IMG/VR virus record: IMGVR_UViG_3300047393_000086
Location: 12,992 to 76,991 of that record
DNA length: 64,000 bases
From: a virus
Reading direction: 5' to 3' (one strand)
Shown: positions 1 to 7,776 of the stretch, in pieces
Layout of the letters: each line of letters opens with the position of its first letter
Numbering within the stretch: the first letter of the stretch is position 1
The notes under the pieces: generated by a model
The model's input: only the letters and a program-made list of their open reading frames with translations
Database searches by the model: none
Told to the model about the DNA's origin: nothing
Translations under genes and position numbers: made by a program

Positions 1-76
1 TACCAGCCCCTAATAACACTGCAGTTGTTGATTTCCCACTTCCAGGTAATCCTCTAAGTAATATTAAATTTTTCAT
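1..76 (-). CDS. P-loop nucleotide/polynucleotide kinase (AAA_33-like), N-terminal part only; runs off window
   Basis: Manual translation from ATG at 76: MKNLILLRGLPGSGKSTTAVLLGAG, with Walker A; ATGA overlap with the upstream gene. Confidence 0.7.
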   Translation of the reverse strand, partial: MKNLILLRGLPGSGKSTTAVLLGAG

Positions 77-270
77 TTTTTTAATTTATATAAATTAATT
101 CCTAAAATTAGTACGTTAGTTATAATAACCGGAACTGATTCTAAAATTGAACCATAAGTAATCCATGCAATGCATCCAGCGATATTAACCAATCTTAGCT
201 TTTTAACGTCCGTCATTAAAAAAGAGGAGGATGTTAGGATCATTGCAGCGTATCCAAGTATTTCAATCAT
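73..270 (-). CDS. small membrane protein (YgjV-like)
   Basis: 65 aa, three hydrophobic segments, KKLRLVN..GC motif; class-I promoter upstream. Confidence 0.55.
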   Translation of the reverse strand: MIEILGYAAMILTSSSFLMTDVKKLRLVNIAGCIAWITYGSILESVPVIITNVLILGINLYKLKK

Positions 271-280
271 TTTTGTTTGT

Positions 281-302
281 TTTAATTTGATATGTAAATA
301 TA
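281..302 (-). promoter_or_regulatory. class-I (putative early, host-sigma) promoter TATATTTACATATCAAATTAAA
   Basis: 22-mer identical at 6327-6348, 44389-44410 and 56365-56386; core TATATTTA resembles the Bacteroidota -7 element TAnnTTTG. Confidence 0.65.
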
Positions 303-305
303 AAT

Positions 306-333
306 AAAAAACTCCAGACTAAAAAATCTGGAG
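306..333 (-). terminator. intrinsic terminator
   Basis: CTCCAGA/TCTGGAG stem followed by a T run on the minus strand. Confidence 0.7.
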
Positions 334-351
334 TGTTAAATTTATGTTAAA

Positions 352-567
352 TTATTCAACACTTTCGTGTTTCTTAATTTTATGATGTTTTTTATATTCG
401 TTAATAAAGCTTTCGCCAACTCCAATTTCATCAATGATATACTCATCAGGAATTAGGGGCTTTCGGGCTCGACCATTGATAATTCTATCAGGATTTTGTT
501 CATTTAAAAATACTGTCATGTATTTTGTTTTTGAACGTTCTGATTTTCTATAAACTACAACTACCAT
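352..567 (-). CDS. hypothetical protein
   Basis: 71-aa ORF translationally coupled to the sigma gene. Confidence 0.6.
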   Translation of the reverse strand: MVVVVYRKSERSKTKYMTVFLNEQNPDRIINGRARKPLIPDEYIIDEIGVGESFINEYKKHHKIKKHESVE

Positions 568-1163
568 TATAATACAGATTCTTCGATGATTGCTTTGCCA
601 CGACGAATACGATTTTTAATTGTTTGAAGAGGCAAGTTATGTTTCTCTGCAATTTCTTCGTATTTCATATCATTAATTAAACGGTCTACGATAATACCTT
701 TGTAAGCTTCTTTTAATGAATCGATAGCTTTTAAAGTTCTACCATATTTGTCCATCAATTCATTATCTTCATCGATGAAATCTTGTTCAGTTTTTAATTC
801 GTAATCCTCGAATGCTCCTTGTAATCCAGTTGTGAATTCTCCAGCTTCATTAATTTCTACGCCAAACTCTGATAATTTATCAAGAGATGATTGTTTGTTT
901 CTATTACTAATATGTCCTAATGCATCATTGAAAGCAATACGATATAACCAAGTTGTAATTTGGTATTGTGGATCGTATTGATCGATTTTAGTCCACATTT
1001 TTGTTAATGTATTAATAGCAATATCTTCTGCTAATTCTCTATCTTTGACAATTTTGTTAATATAAGACGTAAGTCCTGGTTTAACTTTGTAGAATAATGC
1101 TGTAAAATCAGCGTCTGAACGCGTTTGTAAAAAGTTTTCTGTTAATTCTCTGTAACTTGCCAT
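567..1163 (-). CDS. ECF-type sigma-70 family RNA polymerase sigma factor
   Basis: Region 2 (AEDIAINTLTKMW...TTWLYRIAFN) and region 4 HTH (MKYEEIAEKHNLPLQTIKNRIRRGK). Confidence 0.9.
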   Translation of the reverse strand: MASYRELTENFLQTRSDADFTALFYKVKPGLTSYINKIVKDRELAEDIAINTLTKMWTKIDQYDPQYQITTWLYRIAFNDALGHISNRNKQSSLDKLSEFGVEINEAGEFTTGLQGAFEDYELKTEQDFIDEDNELMDKYGRTLKAIDSLKEAYKGIIVDRLINDMKYEEIAEKHNLPLQTIKNRIRRGKAIIEESVL

Positions 1164-1195
1164 TTGTGGGGATTTAGTTTGTTTAAATAATTATA

Positions 1196-1265
1196 ATGTA
1201 AATATAACTATAATTTGTGAATAATAAAAATCTTTTTTGTTAATTTTTTGTTAAAGTTATTAACA
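1196..1265 (-). promoter_or_regulatory. class-I promoter plus upstream 28-bp repeat in front of the ECF sigma gene
   Basis: TTATATTTACAT at 1196-1207; 28-mer at 1238-1265 identical to 6162-6189. Confidence 0.6.
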
Positions 1266-1267
1266 TT

Positions 1268-1789
1268 TTACTGGTTAACTTCTTCGAACAATTCAATAAG
1301 CTTTGTTACTTCAACTGGTCTGTATTCCCAATTATCACATGCGCAATTAATTATTCTTGTTTTATGGTCTGTTTTATATTTAGAACTAGGATGTCCTATA
1401 ATAGAATAAGATCCTTTTGATTTTCTTGGCCAATCTGTTAATGGCCAATACGACATTACAACGTTCGCTTCAGGATGCTCTTCAATAGAGTTATATAAAA
1501 AGTCTATATCATCAAATCCTAGGGTCATCGCGACGTCGGCTGTTGCCTTATCATATTCACCACTAATAACTATAATATCTCCGTTAAGGTGCTTGATAAA
1601 TACTTCTGATGTTTCAGGATCCCATGCAAAGTTACCAAGAACATATACAATATCTTCAGGCGAAACTACTGAATTCCAAGCATTAAGAAGTTCTTGGTTC
1701 ATTTCATTTAAAGAATCGAATGGTCTTTTATATGCTTTGATCGCCCCTGGTCTACCAAATTGCTGGTTTGATGTTACAAATACTTTCAT
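1268..1789 (-). CDS. calcineurin-like metallophosphoesterase fold, degenerate active site
   Basis: Scaffold RPF..EMN..L...WN..V...D.VY.LG retained, but metal motifs read TSNQQFGR, LGNF, GEYD, GHPS. Confidence 0.7.
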   Translation of the reverse strand: MKVFVTSNQQFGRPGAIKAYKRPFDSLNEMNQELLNAWNSVVSPEDIVYVLGNFAWDPETSEVFIKHLNGDIIVISGEYDKATADVAMTLGFDDIDFLYNSIEEHPEANVVMSYWPLTDWPRKSKGSYSIIGHPSSKYKTDHKTRIINCACDNWEYRPVEVTKLIELFEEVNQ

Positions 1790-2326
1790 TTATACGATTG
1801 CAAATTTTACATTAAAATTATCCCACAAGTTTTGTAGGAATCTCTGTTCACTAATTGCGGTTGAGCCATTTACTATTTTACCCTCATCTGATGTGTCGAT
1901 AAACATAAAAATAACAAAATCATAAGCAGTTGAATAAATTAAAGATTGTCCGAAACCTTCTCTAAGAGAGGCTCCGCGATCACCTTTTTTAAATTCAATA
2001 GCAATACTCACTCCATCGCTTTCAAGTGTCATATCTGGTCGGTTTGCAGTACCCATGAATTGAATATTTTTCACGGTTGTATTTACATTACCCTCCCATT
2101 TAATCATTGTTCTTGCCTTTTCTTTGGCAAGACCCCTGCTAAAGCCTTTTTTCTCCATAACATACTCTGTTAACTGAGTAAGAAGGTGAGGATAAATAAA
2201 TTGCTTTATTTTATCCTCACTCTGAGACTTATAATCAATTGTTTCGAATATATCACGTGTTGTGATTCCTTCTAGGATAGCTTCTAGCAGATCTAATCTT
2301 TTTTTAGATTTACTTGCTAGTTTCAT
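1790..2326 (-). CDS. putative PD-(D/E)XK nuclease-fold protein
   Basis: RPDMTL...IAIEFKK motif, followed by a GQSLIY helix. Confidence 0.5.
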   Translation of the reverse strand: MKLASKSKKRLDLLEAILEGITTRDIFETIDYKSQSEDKIKQFIYPHLLTQLTEYVMEKKGFSRGLAKEKARTMIKWEGNVNTTVKNIQFMGTANRPDMTLESDGVSIAIEFKKGDRGASLREGFGQSLIYSTAYDFVIFMFIDTSDEGKIVNGSTAISEQRFLQNLWDNFNVKFAIV

Positions 2327-2330
2327 AGTA

Positions 2331-2843
2331 TTATTTTGTTAGTTCTTCAACTTCAACAGTTGGTTTAGAATCTTTTTCAATTGCAAGATCTAATTCTGCC
2401 AATTCAACATGTTTTTGTTGAACAACTTTATTATCGTCTGCAGTTTGTTTTAAGGCCTCTGAGATTTGAGCTCCTACGTTTGTTAATAATCTAGTGAATG
2501 TTCTAGCTGATTCAATACCAGTTCCTGAGATGTTAGTCAATACCGTGTAAAGTGTATTAAGTTGCATAGAATTCAAAAGAATTGCAGAAGTTTTTTCTTC
2601 TGCGTTTGCATTGATTTTTTTCTGATCAGTAATTGAATCATAAAGATTAATCAAGAAAGCAGCATTTTTAATGTTCCACTCATAACTCTTGTCAATTTGT
2701 TTTAAAATTGCATTAATGTTTTGTGTGTTTTCTAAATTTACAGAATATTCTCTAGTTGCTAATTCTGTTTGTGCCTCGTTAACTTCAATTTCTAATTGAG
2801 CACGTAGGTCTTTTAATTGACTTAATGTTTTTGCTTTCGCCAT
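2331..2843 (-). CDS. hypothetical coiled-coil protein
   Basis: 170-aa helical ORF with phage-like codon usage. Confidence 0.6.
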   Translation of the reverse strand: MAKAKTLSQLKDLRAQLEIEVNEAQTELATREYSVNLENTQNINAILKQIDKSYEWNIKNAAFLINLYDSITDQKKINANAEEKTSAILLNSMQLNTLYTVLTNISGTGIESARTFTRLLTNVGAQISEALKQTADDNKVVQQKHVELAELDLAIEKDSKPTVEVEELTK

Positions 2844-2871
2844 TGTTATTTGTTTTAGAGTTTATATATTA

Positions 2872-3351
2872 TTAAAAATTTTCATTAGTTATTTTACAAT
2901 CAAAATCCAAAAAGTTTCTAAATTGTTCATTGTCTGCATTAATTCTTCGATCTGTTTCATCGTTTTTATCAGCTCGAACACCTAAGCGTTCCCTACGGGT
3001 TTCTTCGGCAATGTCTAAGTATATAACAAACAATCTGTTTCGATAATCTGCATGTAAAAGAGTGACTGCCTCAGCATTCAGAATCATTACATCACATCTT
3101 TCAAATTCATCTTTGGTTAATCCATACTTCCAACCATTAAAATCCTGCCATTCTACGAATTCTCCTCTTTCAATTTTAGATTCGAATTCTTCTGGCGTTA
3201 AATAGTAGTAATCTTTTCCATGTACTTCGCCTTCTCTAGGAAGTCTGGTTGTGCATGAAACTCCATAGACCATTCCACGGTCCATCATTCTTTTTCTTAG
3301 GTAATCTTTACCTGTTGCCGCAGCTCCGACAATTGCAATTTTTCCGTTCAT
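2872..3351 (-). CDS. gmk: guanylate kinase-like NMP kinase
   Basis: GAAATGKD P-loop; SCTTRLPREGEVHGKDYYY GMP-binding signature. Confidence 0.85.
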   Translation of the reverse strand: MNGKIAIVGAAATGKDYLRKRMMDRGMVYGVSCTTRLPREGEVHGKDYYYLTPEEFESKIERGEFVEWQDFNGWKYGLTKDEFERCDVMILNAEAVTLLHADYRNRLFVIYLDIAEETRRERLGVRADKNDETDRRINADNEQFRNFLDFDCKITNENF

Positions 3352-4217
3352 TCTGTTATTATATTGTTAATCCAATCGTTTAAGTTATTTATAGGCTTCC
3401 ATTCTAATAAAGTTTCAGTATCTGATGGAAATTCTTCACTTGCAAATCTTTCTCCCATTCGTTCAGGTATTAGGGTATATGCACTATTGAACATATTTGC
3501 TAATTCTATCATTGAAACATTAGTACCAGATCGTAAATGCCATTCATGATTCATTGCTGGATCTTTTTCGGCAGCTTTAATAAGTCCACTTACAATATCA
3601 TCAACATGTGTAAAATCTCTTGTTTGAGTTCCTGGTGAAACTACGCTTAATAATTCTCCGGCACGATATTGTCTTTCAAAGATTCCAACAACTGTCGCGT
3701 AATCGCCCGATGTTATTTGGCCAGGACCATAAACATTAAAGAAATAACATATCTCATAATTTAAACCGTACCAATTGCTATAGTTCTTGATTAGTTCTAC
3801 CATTTTTGATTTCATCCAAGAATATGGGCTCAAATTCTCATCCTTACCGTCATTTCCAAATTTACTTGAACTTGCTGAATAAATAAGTTTTGCATTCCAT
3901 TTTCTACAAAGCTCAAGAATTACAGGTGTTCCTGACAGAATACTACGATGAACGAAATCAATATCTTCAAACGATTTAACAATTCTACTATATTCTCCAA
4001 AATGGAAAACTGTATCGAATTCTCTGTTTCTTAAAATATGGTCGGCTTCCCAAGTATGCCCGTGATAATATTCTACGCCAGAGACATGATTCTCTTCCTT
4101 TCCTGTAAAATAATTATCTAAGCTAACTATTGTAGAATCCGGATGGGATTCTTTAAGTTTTTTAATTAGAGAAGATCCGACAAAACCAGCACCTCCTGTT
4201 ACAAGTATGTTTTTCAT
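3348..4217 (-). CDS. NAD-dependent nucleotide-sugar epimerase/dehydratase
   Basis: TGGAGFVG, YSWMK (YxxxK), FNVYGP, RDFTHVDD; start taken at MKNILV. Confidence 0.85.
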   Translation of the reverse strand: MKNILVTGGAGFVGSSLIKKLKESHPDSTIVSLDNYFTGKEENHVSGVEYYHGHTWEADHILRNREFDTVFHFGEYSRIVKSFEDIDFVHRSILSGTPVILELCRKWNAKLIYSASSSKFGNDGKDENLSPYSWMKSKMVELIKNYSNWYGLNYEICYFFNVYGPGQITSGDYATVVGIFERQYRAGELLSVVSPGTQTRDFTHVDDIVSGLIKAAEKDPAMNHEWHLRSGTNVSMIELANMFNSAYTLIPERMGERFASEEFPSDTETLLEWKPINNLNDWINNIITE

Positions 4218-4222
4218 ATATT

Positions 4223-5029
4223 TTATTTGTTCCATTTAGGGTCGTACCAAAATCTTCGACCACCTTTATCAATTATTGTTGCCATTCCAGTGACTCCATA
4301 ACATTGCATGAATTCTCTCCAGCCCATTTTAACATCTTCAAGAGTTTCAAATTGAAATGGATTTTTCCAATCTTTGAGTTCTCCACCTCCTAATAAATAG
4401 GCTTTGCTTGGAATTTCTCGACATAATGAATATAATTCAGAGTGTTTTGTTAAGGCTTCTCTTGCAGAAATGAATGGATCTACATCAACTCGATATAAAA
4501 TCTCAGCTCTAAGATAATTACCAATACCGTTAAACCATCGTTGATTCATTAAAACCTCGTGAATCGGTTTGTCAAAATCTTTTTTGTGTAAGTTATCTTT
4601 GATATTTCGAACAAAGTCCTGAAATTGCACAGTTGGATCTGGTCCACGATCTTTATTCCAATTGCCCCATTTCCAATTCCCAAATCTACGAACATCAACA
4701 AAATCAAGAGTACCATCTTCAGATACAAATTTTAAATGTGAATGTTTTGAAATTGTTCCAGGAGGGACCCAATTAAAATGACCAGCCATTCCCATACCCA
4801 TCATTAAGTGATGAACCTTTTTATCTGGAGCATTTGTTGGAACTGATGTTATTTCTAATCTTAATTCCTTTCCACGGCTTTCGGCTGAAAGTACAAATGG
4901 GAAATCAATCTCTTCAAAAATATCGGCTCCTTTATGAACTGGATTCTTTTTGATCTTTGTGAAAATTCTGCCATTTCCTTCTTGGTTAATATAATCCGCG
5001 GTAAGTCTTAGTTCTGCTAATTCTGGCAT
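4223..5029 (-). CDS. nei: Fpg/Nei DNA glycosylase/AP lyase, NEIL1-like
   Basis: N-terminal PE, RGKELRL, DVRRFG, H2TH motif NGIGNYLRAEILYR; no 4-Cys zinc finger. Confidence 0.88.
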   Translation of the reverse strand: MPELAELRLTADYINQEGNGRIFTKIKKNPVHKGADIFEEIDFPFVLSAESRGKELRLEITSVPTNAPDKKVHHLMMGMGMAGHFNWVPPGTISKHSHLKFVSEDGTLDFVDVRRFGNWKWGNWNKDRGPDPTVQFQDFVRNIKDNLHKKDFDKPIHEVLMNQRWFNGIGNYLRAEILYRVDVDPFISAREALTKHSELYSLCREIPSKAYLLGGGELKDWKNPFQFETLEDVKMGWREFMQCYGVTGMATIIDKGGRRFWYDPKWNK

Positions 5030-5038
5030 ATTTTGTTT

Positions 5039-5485
5039 TTAAAAATTACCTTCTGCTACTTGAAAACAAGGAACTCCATTATCTCTCCACATTTTAACAA
5101 CCTTGTCTCGATCATCAAAAGCGCAAATAACGTTATGTTCTTTTTTTCTTAAATCATCTAGCCATAATTTTTTTAATTTATCATCTGGTACATAACTACC
5201 ATGACGTCGCATTTTAATCATGTCTGGATAGATTCCGAAAGAAGCCAACCATTCGATAGTTTCATTAACGCTAATATCGTCTCTTCCACTGAAAATTACA
5301 ATACAATATTGTTCAGTTAAAGCCTTTAAGACTTTAATAACTGGATGATTTGGTTCATCTAATTTAATATTTTCAGGTGCAAAGAAAACATCCCAATCCA
5401 TTTTTCCATCTGGTTTGGTTGCTAAAGCGCGTCTTTTATCGATGTTTGCTAAAGTTCCATCAAGATCAAAAATTACAGTCTCCAT
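5039..5485 (-). CDS. HAD phosphatase, T4 PNK 3'-phosphatase-like
   Basis: DLDGTLA, FSGR, MR...D..LK, FDDR...V..WR..G..CFQVA. Confidence 0.8.
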   Translation of the reverse strand: METVIFDLDGTLANIDKRRALATKPDGKMDWDVFFAPENIKLDEPNHPVIKVLKALTEQYCIVIFSGRDDISVNETIEWLASFGIYPDMIKMRRHGSYVPDDKLKKLWLDDLRKKEHNVICAFDDRDKVVKMWRDNGVPCFQVAEGNF

Positions 5486-5703
5486 TACTTTTTGTTATAA
5501 GAAGTTGATGCTTTAAATAAAATTGAGAATAAAAAGTTTAATCCCATTGCTTGCCAAAATCCAATTGAGTGGGTTCCGTCAACTGCGGGAACTAAACATC
5601 CATTCCATAATAATTGTACTGGCCATGCCAATAAGATTGCTGCGAAGATTATCAAGGCGATTCCACCTAAAATCATTCCAATTCCTGTTGCTAATTTTTC
5701 CAT
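5485..5703 (-). CDS. small membrane protein
   Basis: Two hydrophobic helices, LWN...IGFWQA.GL motif. Confidence 0.6.
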   Translation of the reverse strand: MEKLATGIGMILGGIALIIFAAILLAWPVQLLWNGCLVPAVDGTHSIGFWQAMGLNFLFSILFKASTSYNKK

Positions 5704-5708
5704 AATGA

Positions 5709-5858
5709 TTATATTTGTTCTTCTAATTTTGTTTCAATTAATAAATAAGTTCCAACTTCTGATTGTTTTACAATTCCTGTTGAAATAATTGATTTGGCGA
5801 TTTCGATGTTTTGAGCTGCTATTAAGTTTAACGTTTGCTCCATGTAGATTACTTTCAT
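5709..5858 (-). CDS. hypothetical 49-aa protein (below ORF-track cutoff)
   Basis: Manual translation MKVIYMEQTLNLIAAQNIEIAKSIISTGIVKQSEVGTYLLIETKLEEQI; fills the gap between neighbours. Confidence 0.55.
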   Translation of the reverse strand: MKVIYMEQTLNLIAAQNIEIAKSIISTGIVKQSEVGTYLLIETKLEEQI

Positions 5859-5859
5859 A

Positions 5860-6096
5860 TTAATTGATGCTTTCTTCGTAGTTAGTTTTACCGGAACTTT
5901 GTGATGTCATTGTCTCTCCCTTTGACGTAAAATAGTGATAATGACCCTTATCAAAAAATCTATACATTTTTATTCCATCCTTTTTAAATAGGAATTTAAC
6001 TCCATATTGTTCGGTTACAGTTCCTTCTGGTTTTACATTTTCTACACATGATGTTAAAAAAATTGAAATCGTAAGTATTAATAATAATTTTTTCAT
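5860..6096 (-). CDS. small lipoprotein
   Basis: MKK + hydrophobic stretch + LTSC lipobox. Confidence 0.7.
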   Translation of the reverse strand: MKKLLLILTISIFLTSCVENVKPEGTVTEQYGVKFLFKKDGIKMYRFFDKGHYHYFTSKGETMTSQSSGKTNYEESIN

Positions 6097-6183
6097 GATT
6101 TATTTGTTTTAATTTGTATATGTAAATATAAGCAAAATATTTCAAACCGGAAACATTTTTATGTTAATTTTTTGTTAAAGTTA

Positions 6184-6321
6184 TTAACAATCCTCTCCCT
6201 TACCTTTATGCTTGGTTTTCTTGTAATATTTCTTTTTATTTCGGTGAGGAGTTGGTACTTTTAGGGCATCGAACCATTCTTCTAGAGTAAAATTGATCTT
6301 TGTAAGTTTTTTCTTTTCCAT
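6184..6321 (-). CDS. small basic protein, 45 aa
   Basis: Manual translation MEKKKLTKINFTLEEWFDALKVPTPHRNKKKYYKKTKHKGKGEDC; class-I promoter directly upstream. Confidence 0.55.
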   Translation of the reverse strand: MEKKKLTKINFTLEEWFDALKVPTPHRNKKKYYKKTKHKGKGEDC

Positions 6322-6438
6322 TTTGTTTTAATTTGATATGTAAATATAATATATTTTTTTGACGCGGTAAAATGTTTTTTTGACTTTTTTCACTAGGTCG
6401 TTAAATAAATATATTAACCTAAAAATATCTATAGAATC

Positions 6439-6576
6439 ATGGCAAAGAATGCAACTGGTGGTGCTTTTACAGAAACACCAAAAAAGAAAAGAAAAGGAGT
6501 TCACGCTAAAACTAAAACTACAAAGAACAAGGGAGCTGACAACTACAAAAAATCAAACAAAGGCCAGGGTAGATAA
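6439..6576 (+). CDS. small basic protein, 45 aa
   Basis: Manual translation MAKNATGGAFTETPKKKRKGVHAKTKTTKNKGADNYKKSNKGQGR. Confidence 0.6.
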   Translation: MAKNATGGAFTETPKKKRKGVHAKTKTTKNKGADNYKKSNKGQGR

Positions 6577-6586
6577 CCTTGGCTTT

Positions 6587-7189
6587 TTAATTTTTGCTAA
6601 CTAGATATTTTTCGTAAGATCCATCCAATTTTTTATTCGGAAAATAATAAGATTTGAATTTATTACCATTCAAATAAATAATCTTGCTAAATCCTACAGG
6701 TACCATTGCTCCAGTTGTTAACCTGGTTGAACCTACGAAATCAACATAAATCTTAATTGTTACCTTATTATTAATTGCAAGTTCCTTCTCGTATGATTCT
6801 AGCACCTTCCATTGACCACGGTTTAGGTCTCGATGCTGTAACGAACAATTAACATACGAAAATGTTAATTTTAAACTAGAATACTCACAGTTAAAATCTG
6901 CAGCGGGAGCCATGTGACCTTTATCCCAAACATTATACGCATAATCTGCATCATCTGATGTATGAATTCCATTTGGTCTATAGAAATTTAAACCAGTGCG
7001 TTCATAATGTTTCTTTGAGTTCATATTACACGCAACATCATAAGTTATTTCTAAAGGTTGTTCAAAATCCTGAGAATAAACTATTGAATAGACAGAATTA
7101 TTGATTGTAACATTTTTTAAGTTTGGAGAAGTTATTCCAAGAGAAAGAAAGGCTACAATCAATAATAAGGGCAATGAAAATATTTTCAC
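6587..7189 (-). CDS. DNA/RNA non-specific endonuclease (NucA family), signal peptide
   Basis: WDKGHMAPAADF, Q...LNRGQWKVLE; hydrophobic N-terminus. Confidence 0.85.
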   Translation of the reverse strand: MKIFSLPLLLIVAFLSLGITSPNLKNVTINNSVYSIVYSQDFEQPLEITYDVACNMNSKKHYERTGLNFYRPNGIHTSDDADYAYNVWDKGHMAPAADFNCEYSSLKLTFSYVNCSLQHRDLNRGQWKVLESYEKELAINNKVTIKIYVDFVGSTRLTTGAMVPVGFSKIIYLNGNKFKSYYFPNKKLDGSYEKYLVSKN

Positions 7190-7485
7190 TATTTGTATGT
7201 GTAATTTTTGTTTAAATCAGCGGTTGATGTTGATGTAAAAGTTACCGTGTTTGGATTTCCTGTTCCGGTATGCCAATCACAGTATGGTACATTAATCGGC
7301 TGATTCGGGATAAAAGGTTGATACGGCTGAGCAGGATACGATGGTATTCCTGGGCCAATCCATTGATTTTGGTTTGGACTTGGTAACCATTTAGTAACTT
7401 CAGTCTTTAATAAGACAACAGCTTCTTCAGCACTTATTAGTTTTTCGTCTAATAATCTTTGTACTATTGATTCTCTAGTTGGCAT
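7189..7485 (-). CDS. hypothetical proline-rich protein
   Basis: ORF; start taken at MPTRES. Confidence 0.5.
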   Translation of the reverse strand: MPTRESIVQRLLDEKLISAEEAVVLLKTEVTKWLPSPNQNQWIGPGIPSYPAQPYQPFIPNQPINVPYCDWHTGTGNPNTVTFTSTSTADLNKNYTYK

Positions 7486-7732
7486 GATTCTCAAATTTTT
7501 CAAGATAGAATCCAACATCGTTAACTCCTACGAATCTTTCGATTTCAGTTCCATTCTCATCGATTAATAATACTGTTGGAATATTTCGGATTCCATACTG
7601 TTGTGTGATTTCTTGATTTTCATCAACTAAGATTTTTTCAACAGTAATATTTGCCTCAGCAACTAATTCCATTTTTGGCGCTAATTGTTTACAAGGTCCG
7701 CACCATGGTGCGCTAAAATAAAGGTATTTCAT
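7475..7732 (-). CDS. trxA: thioredoxin
   Basis: WCGPC motif, IPT cis-proline loop. Confidence 0.9.
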   Translation of the reverse strand: MKYLYFSAPWCGPCKQLAPKMELVAEANITVEKILVDENQEITQQYGIRNIPTVLLIDENGTEIERFVGVNDVGFYLEKFENHAN

Positions 7733-7748
7733 GATATTAAATTTAGAT

Positions 7749-7776
7749 ATTATATAAAGATGTTTTAAACTGTTTC
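7749..7776 (-). promoter_or_regulatory. class-II (putative middle, ECF-sigma) promoter GAAAC-N17-TATAAT
   Basis: Same motif and spacing at 23727, 32686, 39831, 43458 and further variants. Confidence 0.7.

Noticed and set aside
6380-6604. 74-aa plus-strand ORF in the track
   Set aside because: TTG start in a poor context; the overlapping ATG frame 6439-6576 gives a more credible protein
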